From the IMG/VR virus record IMGVR_UViG_3300027754_000363, positions 1 to 26,887 of that record: a stretch of DNA of 26,887 nucleotides; one strand, written 5' to 3'. This document shows positions 1 through 9,820 of this stretch, piece after piece (the first letter of the stretch is position 1; every line of letters begins with the position of its first letter). Position numbers and translations under genes: made by a program. Source of the stretch: a virus. Its lineage: Duplodnaviria; Caudoviricetes. The notes beneath the pieces were generated by a model. The model was not told where the DNA came from and did not search any database. It saw nothing but the letters and a program-made list of their open reading frames with translations.

Positions 1-168
1 CCCTTCCGCGCTTATGCGCATAATTGGGCTAAATTGCCACAAAGCGCCGCCTAGTGACCGCCAAGAAGTTCCAGCGGCGCTACCCGATGGTTTGCCGACA
101 AAAAACCGTTACGCCGCCACGCGTTTCCTAGTGCGTTTATTGCGAAATCCAAATTTGATTTTTTTAAA

Positions 169-642
169 ATGAGAGGACGAACTCCAAAGCCCGCGATATT
201 GGCGCGCCTAGCGGGTGACCGCCGCGCAATAAAAAAGAATGCGATTGAATTGCCGTTTGCAATTCCAGTTGCGCCCGATTGGTTGAGCGCCGAAGCCAAA
301 GCGGAATGGGACGAACTTACGCCCATGCTTGCGCGGATGCGGGTAATGACCGAAGCCGACAAAATCGCGCTAGCCCAATTGGCGGATACTATTGCGCGTT
401 GGAAATATGTAGGCGAAAAGTTGAAGCATACTTATGTGCTACCCGTAAAAGATTCCAGCGGTGAAGTTGTGACCTTTAGAAGATCGCCTTTGGTTAGTAT
501 CCACATGGAGTACGGTTTGATCATTCAAAAGATATTGATTCAATTCGGGCTTACCCCAAGCGCCCGCGCGCGGTTAGTGAACGATGAAAAAACAGAAATT
601 GATACAGTCTTTAGCCGCCGCGCCGCCGAAGAAAACGCGTAA
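169..642 (+). CDS. terS: Terminase small subunit, P27 family
   Basis: N-terminal MRGRTPKP..LAGD, APDWLSAEAKAEW and C-terminal FGLTPSARARL are typical P27-family motifs; lies directly upstream of TerL. Confidence 0.92.
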   Translation: MRGRTPKPAILARLAGDRRAIKKNAIELPFAIPVAPDWLSAEAKAEWDELTPMLARMRVMTEADKIALAQLADTIARWKYVGEKLKHTYVLPVKDSSGEVVTFRRSPLVSIHMEYGLIIQKILIQFGLTPSARARLVNDEKTEIDTVFSRRAAEENA

Positions 643-2281
643 GCCCAAGCGCGCGGCGGGTACTGGCGAAAAAATAAATTGGGATAAGCCCGATCAATTT
701 AATTTTTTGCCCGCATATGACGCTATCAAAACCGCCGAGGGCGCAATATGGAACGGCGTAGCGGCAAAACACGCGGTAGATTTTATTGAAGCCACTTGTA
801 AATACACGCAAGGCGTTCATGCGGGTAAGCCGTTTATACTTATGCCGTGGCAACTTTATTTAGTAGCCAATTTATACGGATGGAAACGCGCGGACGGTAC
901 GCGCCGCTATCGGCAAGCCCATGTTTTAATTCCGCGCAAGGCGGGCAAAACCGAATTGGCGGCGGCAATTTCTCTTTACCATTTGATTGCGGACGATGAA
1001 CCTACGCCCGAAGTGATTGGGATAGCCCGCGACCGTGAACAAGCGCGCCTATGTTTAAGCCGCGCTAAATCAATGTGCCTACAAGAGCCGCGACTAAAGG
1101 CGCTTGTAGAAATATATCAATCGCGCATAACAAGCCCGTCCGTATTCGGTTCGTATAAAATCCTTTCAAATGATTCAATGGGGGCGCATGGTTTAAATGT
1201 TTCGGCTTGTATCGCCGATGAAATTCATGCTATGGAAGATCGGCGCGAATTGTGGGAAGCGGTACTAACTTCAATGGGCGCGCGTACTCAACCGCTTATG
1301 CTTTCTATTACTACAAGCGGGACGCTACGAACTTCACTTGAATTTGATTTATTCCAGTACGGGCTAAAGATTTGTGAAGGCGTGATAGAAAATTCTAGTT
1401 TCTTGCCGTGCTTGCATTACGCGCCCGAAGAAGCCGATTGGAAACTACCTTCTACTTGGAAACTTGCTAACCCGTCAATCGGTTCAATAGTGCCCCTAAG
1501 TTGGTACGCTGAAGAAGCCAAACGCGCGGATGATCAACCTAGTTTTGAAACGCCATTCCGTACCTATTATTTATGCCAACACATTACCGCTTCTAGCCGT
1601 TGGTTGAAAATGTCCGATTGGGACGCTTGCCGCGCTGAATTTGATGAAGCCACATTAAAAGATTTACCGTGCTACCTTGGAATTGATTTAGGACAAACCA
1701 ATGATTTGTCCAGTATTGCCGCGGTATGGTTGGACGGCGAAAAGATGTATTTAAAATCATGGAACTACGCGCCCGCAATGGGCGTTGCAATTCGCGCTAG
1801 GCGTGACGGCGTACCTTACCTAGAATGGGAACGGCGTAAATGGTTGACCGTTACAGAAGGTGATTCTACCGACTACAATTACATACTCGCGCAAGTAAAA
1901 TTACTGGCGCAAAAAAATAAGGTTAAAATGGTAGGCTATGACCCATACAATGCGCAAAATGTTGGTAATGATTTGGAAGCCGCGGGGGTTAAAGTAGTGC
2001 GCGTACCGCAATCTTTTTTAAATCTATCTACGCCGACCCGAATGTTTGAGCGCGCGGTAACGGGTAAAACATTGGTACAAGATGGTTCGCCCGTAATGGC
2101 GTGGGCTATGTCGAATTGCGTTGTTGAACAAGATCACGCGGGCAACGCCCGACCTAGCAAGCGCCGTAGCCATGAAAAAATTGATCCCGTTGTAGCGGCG
2201 GTAGTGGCGCTAGGCGCGTCATTGCATGACGAAAAAATAGCCGCCAGCGTTTACGAAAAGCGGGGCATGATTTGGCTATGA
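584..2281 (+). CDS. terL: Terminase large subunit (Terminase_1-like)
   Basis: PWQ motif, Walker A IPRKAGKT, Walker B CIADEIH, nuclease GIDLG and KIDPVVA. Confidence 0.97.
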   Translation: MKKQKLIQSLAAAPPKKTRKPKRAAGTGEKINWDKPDQFNFLPAYDAIKTAEGAIWNGVAAKHAVDFIEATCKYTQGVHAGKPFILMPWQLYLVANLYGWKRADGTRRYRQAHVLIPRKAGKTELAAAISLYHLIADDEPTPEVIGIARDREQARLCLSRAKSMCLQEPRLKALVEIYQSRITSPSVFGSYKILSNDSMGAHGLNVSACIADEIHAMEDRRELWEAVLTSMGARTQPLMLSITTSGTLRTSLEFDLFQYGLKICEGVIENSSFLPCLHYAPEEADWKLPSTWKLANPSIGSIVPLSWYAEEAKRADDQPSFETPFRTYYLCQHITASSRWLKMSDWDACRAEFDEATLKDLPCYLGIDLGQTNDLSSIAAVWLDGEKMYLKSWNYAPAMGVAIRARRDGVPYLEWERRKWLTVTEGDSTDYNYILAQVKLLAQKNKVKMVGYDPYNAQNVGNDLEAAGVKVVRVPQSFLNLSTPTRMFERAVTGKTLVQDGSPVMAWAMSNCVVEQDHAGNARPSKRRSHEKIDPVVAAVVALGASLHDEKIAASVYEKRGMIWL

Positions 2282-3564
2282 ATTGGCTAACCAAAAGATT
2301 TAAATCAAGCGTAAACGCGGGCGCGCCGCTAGGTAGCGTCCAAGTATTTACGGGCACATTTTCCGATACGGGGCAAAATATTACGCCGCAAGTGGCGCTT
2401 ACTTGTACTACCGTTCATTCTTGCGTTCAAGCCATTGCTACAAACATTGCAAAATTACCTTGGTCTGTAATGTCACATTCCGCGGGCGGGCGCGTTATTG
2501 CTAAAGATCATCCGTTGCATTTCCTATTGAGCCGCGAACCAAACCCCGAATGTTCCGCGATGGTTTGGCGCGAATTGATGTTAATGAGCGCGGCGCTAAC
2601 TGGAAACGGCTATTCACTAATCCAGCGCGAAGCGGGTAGACCCGTTGGGCTACATTATTTGCGCCCCGATTTAATGCAAGTTCAACGGCTACCAAGTGGC
2701 GAAATTGCGTACAACTATTCGGGCGCAACGGGACAAAGCACGGTTTACAGTTCCTACGATGTATTTCATTTGATGGGCTTGAGTAGTGACGGTATTCTTG
2801 GCTATTCGCCTATTTCACTTGCGCGCCAAGCCGTAGGGCTTGCCCTTGCTAGCGAAGCATTCGGCGCGGCGTATTACCGCAACGCGTCCCGACCTAGCGG
2901 CGCGTTGACTACAGACAAAGAACTTAGCCCCGAAGCATTGCAACGGATTAGGGAAAGTTGGGAAGGAAGAATGAAGGGCGTAGGTAGCGCGGGAAATGTA
3001 GCCGTATTTGAAGGCGGTTTAAAATGGCAAGCAATAAGTCTAAGCCCCGAAGATTCCCAATGGTTACAAAGCCGCGAGTTCCAGCGTGAAGAAATTTGTA
3101 GTATTTTTTCAGTACCGCCAAGCGTGATTGGCATAGGTCAAAAGCAATCCTACTCCAGCGCCGAACAAGCAAACCAACAATTTGTAAGCGGTTGCCTATC
3201 TTCATGGGCGGCGCGGCTTGAATCGGAAGCCGCCCGCAAATTATTGCGCCGCGATGAAACGGAATTTAGTACGGAAATTTCGTTTGATCCCATGCTCAAA
3301 ACTTCCCAAATTGAACGCTATCAAACTTTTTCAGTAGCCCGCCAATTCGGATGGTTAAGCGTGAACGAAATCCGCGCCGAAATCGGGCGCAACGGGATAG
3401 GCAAACAAGGCGATGTTTACCTACAACCCGTGAACATGATCCCGACTAGCAACGCGCTAGGCGGTTTAAATGTAAGCCCGCCCGTTGTAGATGAACCCGA
3501 TGCAATGCCCGATGAACCAATAAGGGCAAAAAAACCGCCAGTATCCAAGAAACGCAAGGCGTAA
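2272..3564 (+). CDS. Portal protein, HK97 family
   Basis: IAKLPW, HPLHFLL..EPN, GNGY, GYSPI..AR, REEICSIFSVPP, GWLSVNEIRA motifs; follows TerL. Confidence 0.96.
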   Translation: MAMNWLTKRFKSSVNAGAPLGSVQVFTGTFSDTGQNITPQVALTCTTVHSCVQAIATNIAKLPWSVMSHSAGGRVIAKDHPLHFLLSREPNPECSAMVWRELMLMSAALTGNGYSLIQREAGRPVGLHYLRPDLMQVQRLPSGEIAYNYSGATGQSTVYSSYDVFHLMGLSSDGILGYSPISLARQAVGLALASEAFGAAYYRNASRPSGALTTDKELSPEALQRIRESWEGRMKGVGSAGNVAVFEGGLKWQAISLSPEDSQWLQSREFQREEICSIFSVPPSVIGIGQKQSYSSAEQANQQFVSGCLSSWAARLESEAARKLLRRDETEFSTEISFDPMLKTSQIERYQTFSVARQFGWLSVNEIRAEIGRNGIGKQGDVYLQPVNMIPTSNALGGLNVSPPVVDEPDAMPDEPIRAKKPPVSKKRKA

Positions 3565-3567
3565 AAA

Positions 3568-3930
3568 ATGGCGGTACTTCTTAGCACGGGTAGCGGCATG
3601 ACAAACATAGCGGGCGTGGTGCAATCAATTAGTTTTGCTAGCGGCGCTTGTAAATCAATAGATATAAGCGCCATGAACGCTTTGATTTCTACCTATGTAA
3701 TTGGCAAGCGCGAGGGCGGAAGCGTGAACATGGTAGTTTTATGCGAAGCCAAACCTACAATACCCGCTAGCGGCGTTGCTTCAACCGCGTTTACTCTTAC
3801 ATTTGGAAGCGGGGCGGGCGCGTTTACTTTTACATTCAACGGTTTTTTAACTTCTTGCAATGTGACCGCGGGTAAAGATGAACCGATTACGGCAACGCTT
3901 GAAATTTTAATAACGGGCGCAATAACTTAA
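3568..3930 (+). CDS. Tail-tube-like protein (paralog 1), located in the head module
   Basis: Shares IAG.V..I, ID, YV.G.RE.G.V, P.SG, FTF.G and ITGAIT with the products of 9389-9802 and 9821-10246. Confidence 0.72.
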   Translation: MAVLLSTGSGMTNIAGVVQSISFASGACKSIDISAMNALISTYVIGKREGGSVNMVVLCEAKPTIPASGVASTAFTLTFGSGAGAFTFTFNGFLTSCNVTAGKDEPITATLEILITGAIT

Positions 3931-3970
3931 TTGCCAAAACCACTAGCGTAACAAGAAGAAAAAACCTACC

Positions 3971-4558
3971 ATGCCCGCAATGCGTGAAATTGAATATCGA
4001 AGTTCTAGCCAAATGCTTTTGGAAACCCGCGAGAATGCCGCCGCGGTATTGACGGGCTACGCTTCAACTTTTGATGAGCCGTATGAAATTGACGGCGTGA
4101 CCGAAACAATTAAACGCGGCGCGTTTAATTCAACGCTAGAAGGCGCGCCCGATGTATTCGCGTTCTTAAACCACGATACGGGTCGAATCATTGCGCGAAC
4201 TCTTACGGGTTCGCTAAAATTATCCGTAGATGAAAAGGGATTACAAACCGAAATCTACCCGATTGATACGGCGGACGGTCGAACCGCTATTGAGTTGGTA
4301 CGAACTGGAACGGTAACTTCAATGTCTTTTGGATTTTGCGTTGACGATGATACTATTGAAATGCGTAACGGTAAATTGTTCCGCGATATAAATAAAATTT
4401 CTCTACATGAAGTTTCTATAGTTGCGTTTCCCGCGAATAGTAAAGCGGTTATTTCTATGCGATGCAAGAACCAAATTGATTCGATACTGGCGCAAAAAAA
4501 ATCTAAAGTGTTCATTTCAAATTGGGTAAATCCATTGGCTAACATTAAAAAGGCATAA
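3971..4558 (+). CDS. Prohead maturation protease, HK97 family (peptidase S78-like)
   Basis: GYASTF, E.I.RGAF, NHD, MSFGF, EVSIVAFPA. Confidence 0.93.
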   Translation: MPAMREIEYRSSSQMLLETRENAAAVLTGYASTFDEPYEIDGVTETIKRGAFNSTLEGAPDVFAFLNHDTGRIIARTLTGSLKLSVDEKGLQTEIYPIDTADGRTAIELVRTGTVTSMSFGFCVDDDTIEMRNGKLFRDINKISLHEVSIVAFPANSKAVISMRCKNQIDSILAQKKSKVFISNWVNPLANIKKA

Positions 4559-4559
4559 C

Positions 4560-5684
4560 ATGGCATTGAATGTAAGTAGCGCCCTAGGCGCAAAAACAAT
4601 TGCGGAACTTGCGGCGGTGCGTTTATATGATTCTTTTCCGTTGAACTTGGTTAGTCATGCAACGGGTACGCGCGCTTTTAAAATGCCGTTCATTGCGGCG
4701 GAAACCACGGGCACGGTAGCGGTAGTCGCTGAAAATGCCGCGCAAGCAAGCATTGATACTTTTCGACCCGTGATTGGATTGGTAGAAAAAACTCTTGAAA
4801 CATATCGCGCCAATGTGACGATTAGTAACGAATTGATTTATGATTCCAGCGTTCTAAAATTAATTGCCGATAGGTTGAGCGGTCAAATTTTAGAAGTAGT
4901 TGGCGATAAAATTATCACCGATATCCGTACAAAATTAGTTTCATCTAGCCGCTTTACGCTTGCGGATGCTTTTAGTGATCCCGCCGCAATGGACGCGGGA
5001 ACGCCAATACATAGCGGTTTTACTTGTTTGGCTAATTTACAAAATGTAGTTCGCGACCGCGCCGTTTGGGTATTCGGAAAACTTGGCTATCAATCATTCG
5101 GGGATATGGAAGGGCGCGCTAGTTTGGTCACGCTTCCTATTCAACGCAAAATGGGTTCGGGCGGAATGTTTACACAATCGGGTGGCGCGCATGGCGGCGG
5201 CTATGGCGCGGGTAAATCAATGGGTGGCGGCATAGTTAGTACGGGTGGAACGGCTAGCCCAATTGTTACAAATACGCAAACGGAACTTTTATTAGGCGGC
5301 GGCGGCGGCGAGGGCGGCTATGGCGGTGGCGGCGGTGGAAACAAAGGCGGCATTGAAGAATTAATGGCTAACCTAGGTTTTGAAACGCGCAATTCTAACC
5401 CGCTACAAATTGTGGAAAATGCGCCGTACGAACTTACTACCGCTTGGCTAGGCAAACCCATTTATACAAGTGAGGGCATGGGCGTTATGACTACGGCGAA
5501 CGCTATGTGGATGATGTTGGTAGATTTATCCGCGTATATACATTTTTCTCAACCGTTGCAAGTAACACTAGACACGGAAAGCCTAGCCGAGAATAATAGA
5601 ACCGTGATTCAATGTAGTTACCGTTGCGCGGGCGATTTAATGGATGCTCATAGCGGTTATGGTTTGCGGCATGGAACAGTTTAA
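4560..5684 (+). CDS. Divergent capsid-fold protein with a Gly-rich insertion (minor capsid-like)
   Basis: VAENAA, TISNELIYDS, AVWVF, WLGKPIY, VDLSAY, ENNRTVIQCSYR parallel HK97 MCP motifs; no delta domain; Gly-rich block at about 5155-5352. Confidence 0.68.
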   Translation: MALNVSSALGAKTIAELAAVRLYDSFPLNLVSHATGTRAFKMPFIAAETTGTVAVVAENAAQASIDTFRPVIGLVEKTLETYRANVTISNELIYDSSVLKLIADRLSGQILEVVGDKIITDIRTKLVSSSRFTLADAFSDPAAMDAGTPIHSGFTCLANLQNVVRDRAVWVFGKLGYQSFGDMEGRASLVTLPIQRKMGSGGMFTQSGGAHGGGYGAGKSMGGGIVSTGGTASPIVTNTQTELLLGGGGGEGGYGGGGGGNKGGIEELMANLGFETRNSNPLQIVENAPYELTTAWLGKPIYTSEGMGVMTTANAMWMMLVDLSAYIHFSQPLQVTLDTESLAENNRTVIQCSYRCAGDLMDAHSGYGLRHGTV

Positions 5685-5698
5685 TTTAAAGGAAAAAA

Positions 5699-7042
5699 AT
5701 GGCTAACGATACAAATGTAGAAAACCCGTCCGATCCAGTCGAGCAAAAAGAAACTTTAGATATTCGCACAATCACCGAGCAAATCGGCAAGATTTACGAA
5801 ACTCTTAAAGCAATGGTTGCCGCGTCACAAACCGCGGGCGAACCAATGGACGGCGCTACAGAAGAAAAATATGACCGCATGAACAAGCGATTGAGCGCGC
5901 TTATTTCAATGCGCGACCAACACTACCGCCTATTGGACGCAACCGCGCAAGCCACCCGCGCCGTAGGTAAGAAAATTGAAACGATGAGCGCCACCAAAAC
6001 AACGGGACGGCGCGGCGATCAACTGGCTAATTTTTTCGCGGGTGATGAGTACCGCTCTACTTGGGGTAAGTATTTGCGTACGGGTACGCATGAAATGAGC
6101 CGTGAAGAACGCGCGGGCTTGAATGAGGGAGTGGAAGCCGAAGGCGGATATTTGCCCGCTACCGAGTTCCTATCCACGCTGATTACTAAGCGTTTCCAAG
6201 TTAACGCAATGCGCCAAATTATGAATACCGTACCGCTTGGAACTTTTGAAACCGAAGTTATCTATGAGGATACAATCGGCGCAAGTTCCTACATTGCGGA
6301 AGCAAGCGGGGCAACTGAAGTAACGCCCGCATTTGCGCAAGTTGTATTAAAGCCGTACACGCTTCGATATTTCACAAAGGTATCTAACGAACTTCTTGCC
6401 GATTCCCCAAGCCGCGGCGCGGCGTTCAATGTAGAAAGCGTTCTTGCTAGTCAAATTGGGCGTTCAATGGGCGAAGCCGAGGAACGAAAGTTTTGTACTG
6501 GAACGGGTACGGCGATGCCGTGGGGTATTTATAATTTTGTGGGCGTTGTACGCGGTGCAACTACTGGAACGGAAACAGTCACCGCAACTTCAAATGTAAT
6601 TGTGCAAGCCGATTTACTAAACTGCATTGCCGCGTTGCCGCGTCAATATCGCGATGGGGCTAAGTGGATCATGGGTGATTCCATGTTCTACAAAATTCGC
6701 CAATTACTTTCGGGCGTTATCTCAACCCAAACGGGCTACGCGCCGTTTGCTTGGTCACTTGGCGATGGACGGCTACAAGATGGCGAACCCGACCGCCTTT
6801 TAGGCTACCCCGTAGTGTGTGTAAATGACGGTTTAACATATCCAGCGGCGGGCACTAAGCGCGTAATGGCTATGTTTGGCAACTTTGATTACTTCCATTT
6901 GGGCGAACGCGAAGGCGTTAGCGTGAAGGTAGCCAAGGAAGTATACCTAGCGAATAACCAAACTGGATTCTTTGCGTTTGCGCGTCATGGTACGGATGTT
7001 TCTCAACTTGCGGCGTTCAATGCGTTAGCAATCAAGGCGTAA
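5699..7042 (+). CDS. Major capsid protein, HK97 fold with N-terminal delta domain
   Basis: Helical N-terminus, then EGGYLP, VSNELLADS, GTGTAMPWGI, RLLGYPV, FGNF, NQTGFFAFAR; AAGGA RBS. Confidence 0.95.
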   Translation: MANDTNVENPSDPVEQKETLDIRTITEQIGKIYETLKAMVAASQTAGEPMDGATEEKYDRMNKRLSALISMRDQHYRLLDATAQATRAVGKKIETMSATKTTGRRGDQLANFFAGDEYRSTWGKYLRTGTHEMSREERAGLNEGVEAEGGYLPATEFLSTLITKRFQVNAMRQIMNTVPLGTFETEVIYEDTIGASSYIAEASGATEVTPAFAQVVLKPYTLRYFTKVSNELLADSPSRGAAFNVESVLASQIGRSMGEAEERKFCTGTGTAMPWGIYNFVGVVRGATTGTETVTATSNVIVQADLLNCIAALPRQYRDGAKWIMGDSMFYKIRQLLSGVISTQTGYAPFAWSLGDGRLQDGEPDRLLGYPVVCVNDGLTYPAAGTKRVMAMFGNFDYFHLGEREGVSVKVAKEVYLANNQTGFFAFARHGTDVSQLAAFNALAIKA

Positions 7043-7056
7043 TAAAAAAGACCCGT

Positions 7057-7090
7057 GAGGGCGTAGGCGGAAACGCTTGCGCCCTCTTTT
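7057..7090 (+). terminator. Rho-independent terminator after MCP
   Basis: GAGGGCGTAGGCG-GAAA-CGCTTGCGCCCTC 13-bp stem (two G-U pairs) with a GNRA loop, then TTTT abutting the next ATG. Confidence 0.75.
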
Positions 7091-7294
7091 ATGAAAGTTG
7101 AAATACAAGTTGCCCTATACTTGGGCGCTACGGATAAAGTTTATGCCGTTGGCGAACTTGCTGAACTATCAAAAGAAATTTGTGATTCATTGATCGTAGC
7201 GGGCATGGCGCAATTGATACGGGAAACGGCTACGCTTGGCGCGCGTGAAACTACAAGCAAAACCAAAAGTAGGATATTCAGAAATGAAAATTAA
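7091..7294 (+). CDS. Small head-associated protein (post-MCP type)
   Basis: MKV...Y..GE..E......LI.AG.A pattern of the small proteins that often follow HK97-like MCPs. Confidence 0.65.
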   Translation: MKVEIQVALYLGATDKVYAVGELAELSKEICDSLIVAGMAQLIRETATLGARETTSKTKSRIFRNEN

Positions 7295-7505
7295 AATTAT
7301 CAAAAGCGGCAAAGTCTACGGCGGCGAAGTTGAGAAAATTACTAAGGGCGATATTTTAGAAATCAATAATGAGCAAGCGGTAACATGGATCAAAACGGGA
7401 TTCGCTGAACCGATTGATGAGAAGGCATATTTTGATTTAATTACCCCGCCCGCGGTTCAAGAAGATACGGAAAATAATTTTTCGCCAGTCATTGATAAGG
7501 CGTAG
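7284..7505 (+). CDS. Small head-associated protein, paralog of 7091-7294
   Basis: Start taken at ATG 7284 (AGGA upstream) rather than TTG 7236; MKIK...KGD..E....A..WI..G.A. Confidence 0.65.
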   Translation: MKIKIIKSGKVYGGEVEKITKGDILEINNEQAVTWIKTGFAEPIDEKAYFDLITPPAVQEDTENNFSPVIDKA

Positions 7506-7507
7506 CC

Positions 7508-8107
7508 GTGCTTAGTTACCCCGCCACAAATTGCGTTGAACTAGCGCAACCGACTACCGAATGTGTGCTTTTGGCGGAAGCCAAACTACATTTGCGCGTT
7601 GATTCGAACGATGAAAATAATTTAATTTCCGCGCTGATTGTTGCGGCTCGTCAATACTGCGAAAATATTTCGGGGCGTACGCTTGCGCAACGAACTTTTT
7701 TGCAACAAATGGAACGCTTCCCCGATGGCGGGCTTGATGTAACGCTACGCCGTTCCCCCGTGGTATCGGTTCAATCCGTTTATTACTACGCTAAAGATGG
7801 AACAAATACGCTTATGAGTAGCGCCACCGATTACCGCCTAGATTCCCAAATTATCCCCGCGCGCCTACGGCTACCAATAGGCAAAACGCTTTGGAGTGAA
7901 ACATATACGGCAAATGACGCGGTACGCATTTCATATACCGCGGGGCTTGCAACCGCGCCTACCGCCGCCAAGCAAACTATTTTGCTACTGGTGGGGCATT
8001 GGTTTGAAAATCGCGAAAGCGTGGTTGTAGGTTCAACGAATCGCGCCGTAGATTGTACGGTTACTTCTTTGATGGATTCATACCGCATAATGGATGTAGC
8101 ATTGTGA
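7508..8107 (+). CDS. Head-tail connector (HK97 gp6/SPP1 gp15-like)
   Basis: LAEAKLHLRVD..DEN.LI..LI.AAR and ILLLVGHWFENRE. Confidence 0.92.
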   Translation: MLSYPATNCVELAQPTTECVLLAEAKLHLRVDSNDENNLISALIVAARQYCENISGRTLAQRTFLQQMERFPDGGLDVTLRRSPVVSVQSVYYYAKDGTNTLMSSATDYRLDSQIIPARLRLPIGKTLWSETYTANDAVRISYTAGLATAPTAAKQTILLLVGHWFENRESVVVGSTNRAVDCTVTSLMDSYRIMDVAL

Positions 8108-8436
8108 AGGGCGGACAATTGCGCCACCGCCTTATTTTTGCGGCGCAAATTTTAACCGTTGACGATTTCGGGCAACAAACGGAAACATTCAATACAGAAG
8201 ATCAAGTTACCGTTTGGGGTAGCGTTACTGAAATTGCAACCGATGAGAAGCAAAACGATGAAGGAACGGGGGCGCTAAAAAAATTGCAAATAGTTGCGCG
8301 CTACAGTTCCGAAATTGCCGTATTTAATACAAGTTCACGCGTTACATACAATTTTGCAAATTACAATATTTTGAGCGTGGTAAATGTTGACGGGCTCAAC
8401 CAAACGCTAGAATTTATCGTAGAAAAAATGATATGA
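8104..8436 (+). CDS. Head closure / head-tail adaptor (SPP1 gp16-like)
   Basis: GTG start overlapping the upstream TGA; GQLRHRL, DDFGQ, TVWG, YNILSV. Confidence 0.85.
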   Translation: MKGGQLRHRLIFAAQILTVDDFGQQTETFNTEDQVTVWGSVTEIATDEKQNDEGTGALKKLQIVARYSSEIAVFNTSSRVTYNFANYNILSVVNVDGLNQTLEFIVEKMI

Positions 8437-8975
8437 GTAATACGGTAAGTTCAATCAATTTTAGCGTTTACGGAACTAGGGAACTCCAAGCCCATATGGA
8501 AACTATTGAACCGCGCGTACGCGAAGCCATATTTAAGCGCGCTATCAAGCCCGCGCTAGTTGCCATGCAATCGGATGCTAAGAATAACGCGCTAGCCGTT
8601 CCAGTATTAAACGCCACGGGGCGCGTCCGTTCCGCCATTGCTAGCCATATCAAGATTATTACTAAAGGTAAATCGGGTTCACGGTACAAAACTATCGGTA
8701 GACTGGCGGTTTTTTACGGCGTGAGCGGCAAGGAACGGGCTAGCCAAAGTTTATTATCAAAGGGGCTACTAGCGTCACTAGCGCATTTGATTGAGTACGG
8801 CTACACGCTTCGGTATTATTTTGGCAAGCCGATTAGACCGCGCGCAATTGAACCACGCCCGTTCTTGCGCCCCGCCTACAAGGCGAACCAAGCCGCCGCT
8901 GAACAAATGTTTCTATCCGCGGTCTATGACGCTTGCGAAGCCGAAAGCAAATACCTAGTGAATAGAAACCGATGA
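8433..8975 (+). CDS. HK97 gp10-like tail completion/neck protein
   Basis: AHLIEYG and PRPFLRPAY motifs; gene position. Confidence 0.85.
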   Translation: MSNTVSSINFSVYGTRELQAHMETIEPRVREAIFKRAIKPALVAMQSDAKNNALAVPVLNATGRVRSAIASHIKIITKGKSGSRYKTIGRLAVFYGVSGKERASQSLLSKGLLASLAHLIEYGYTLRYYFGKPIRPRAIEPRPFLRPAYKANQAAAEQMFLSAVYDACEAESKYLVNRNR

Positions 8976-9376
8976 GCCAAATATCAAAAGCCATTTTTGC
9001 GGTATTGAACGGCGCGCAAACCGTTACGGCTTTGGTTGGTACGCGCATTACGCCCGAAGCCCGAACCCAAAGCGCCGCGCTTCCTTGCATTGTGTACGCG
9101 GTAAATGAAGATGAAACTAGCCAAGCGTTGACGGGCGCGGCTTTCCGCCAAGCCAAAATAGAAATTCTATGTGTAGGCGATACCGCCGCGGTTGCTAGTT
9201 CGGTACATGATGTGGCGCGGACGGCGCTACAAGGCGTAGCGGGAACTTTTGGCGGCGTTGTTATTCTTCATTGTCTACATGAAAAAAGTTTGTCAAACTA
9301 TCAAGTACCAATGGCGGGTGAAACCACGGGCGCGTTCTTGTATTCGGCGATCTTTTCCGTAATGTATCAAAACTGA
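8972..9376 (+). CDS. Tail terminator (DUF3168-like)
   Basis: VTALVGTRI.P, LPCIVY; lies just before the tail tube genes. Confidence 0.78.
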   Translation: MSQISKAIFAVLNGAQTVTALVGTRITPEARTQSAALPCIVYAVNEDETSQALTGAAFRQAKIEILCVGDTAAVASSVHDVARTALQGVAGTFGGVVILHCLHEKSLSNYQVPMAGETTGAFLYSAIFSVMYQN

Positions 9377-9388
9377 AAGTAGGATAAA

Positions 9389-9802
9389 ATGGCGGCTGGA
9401 ACAAGTATTTCAAGTTATAAATCAAGGTTCACTACGGGCACAATCGCGGGCACGGTAACCAATATCGGTATAAGCCCGTCCGTTGCCGAAATAGATGTAA
9501 CTGGATTGAGTGATACAGAAAAGCAATTTGTAACGGGCACTTTCGACGGGGGCACGGTAGATGTTTCTTGCAATGTCGATTTGTCTACCGCGGTAGTTCA
9601 ACCGACTAGCGGCAATTCAACTACAACTTCGTTTGTAGTTCAATTTGGTAGCGGCGCGGCAACTATTTTCGTTCCTACTTGGGGTTTTAGTGGGTACATA
9701 GTTAAGACAACCGTCAACGCTGAAATTGATAAACAAGTTACCGTAAACTATTCCATTCAAATTAGCGGCGCAATCACGGTTGCGTCCGCGGCAACCGCAT
9801 AA
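9389..9802 (+). CDS. Tail tube protein (paralog 2)
   Basis: IDVTGLSDTEKQFVTG..DGGTV, FSGYI, ISGAIT: lambda gpV/TP901-like tube signature. Confidence 0.82.
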   Translation: MAAGTSISSYKSRFTTGTIAGTVTNIGISPSVAEIDVTGLSDTEKQFVTGTFDGGTVDVSCNVDLSTAVVQPTSGNSTTTSFVVQFGSGAATIFVPTWGFSGYIVKTTVNAEIDKQVTVNYSIQISGAITVASAATA

Positions 9803-9820
9803 CACATAAGGAAATAAAAA

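Noticed and set aside
1-168. cos site upstream of terS (palindrome TTATGCGCATAA at 12-23)
   Set aside because: The position is plausible for P27/HK97-type phages, but no specific cos sequence can be identified without terminus data.
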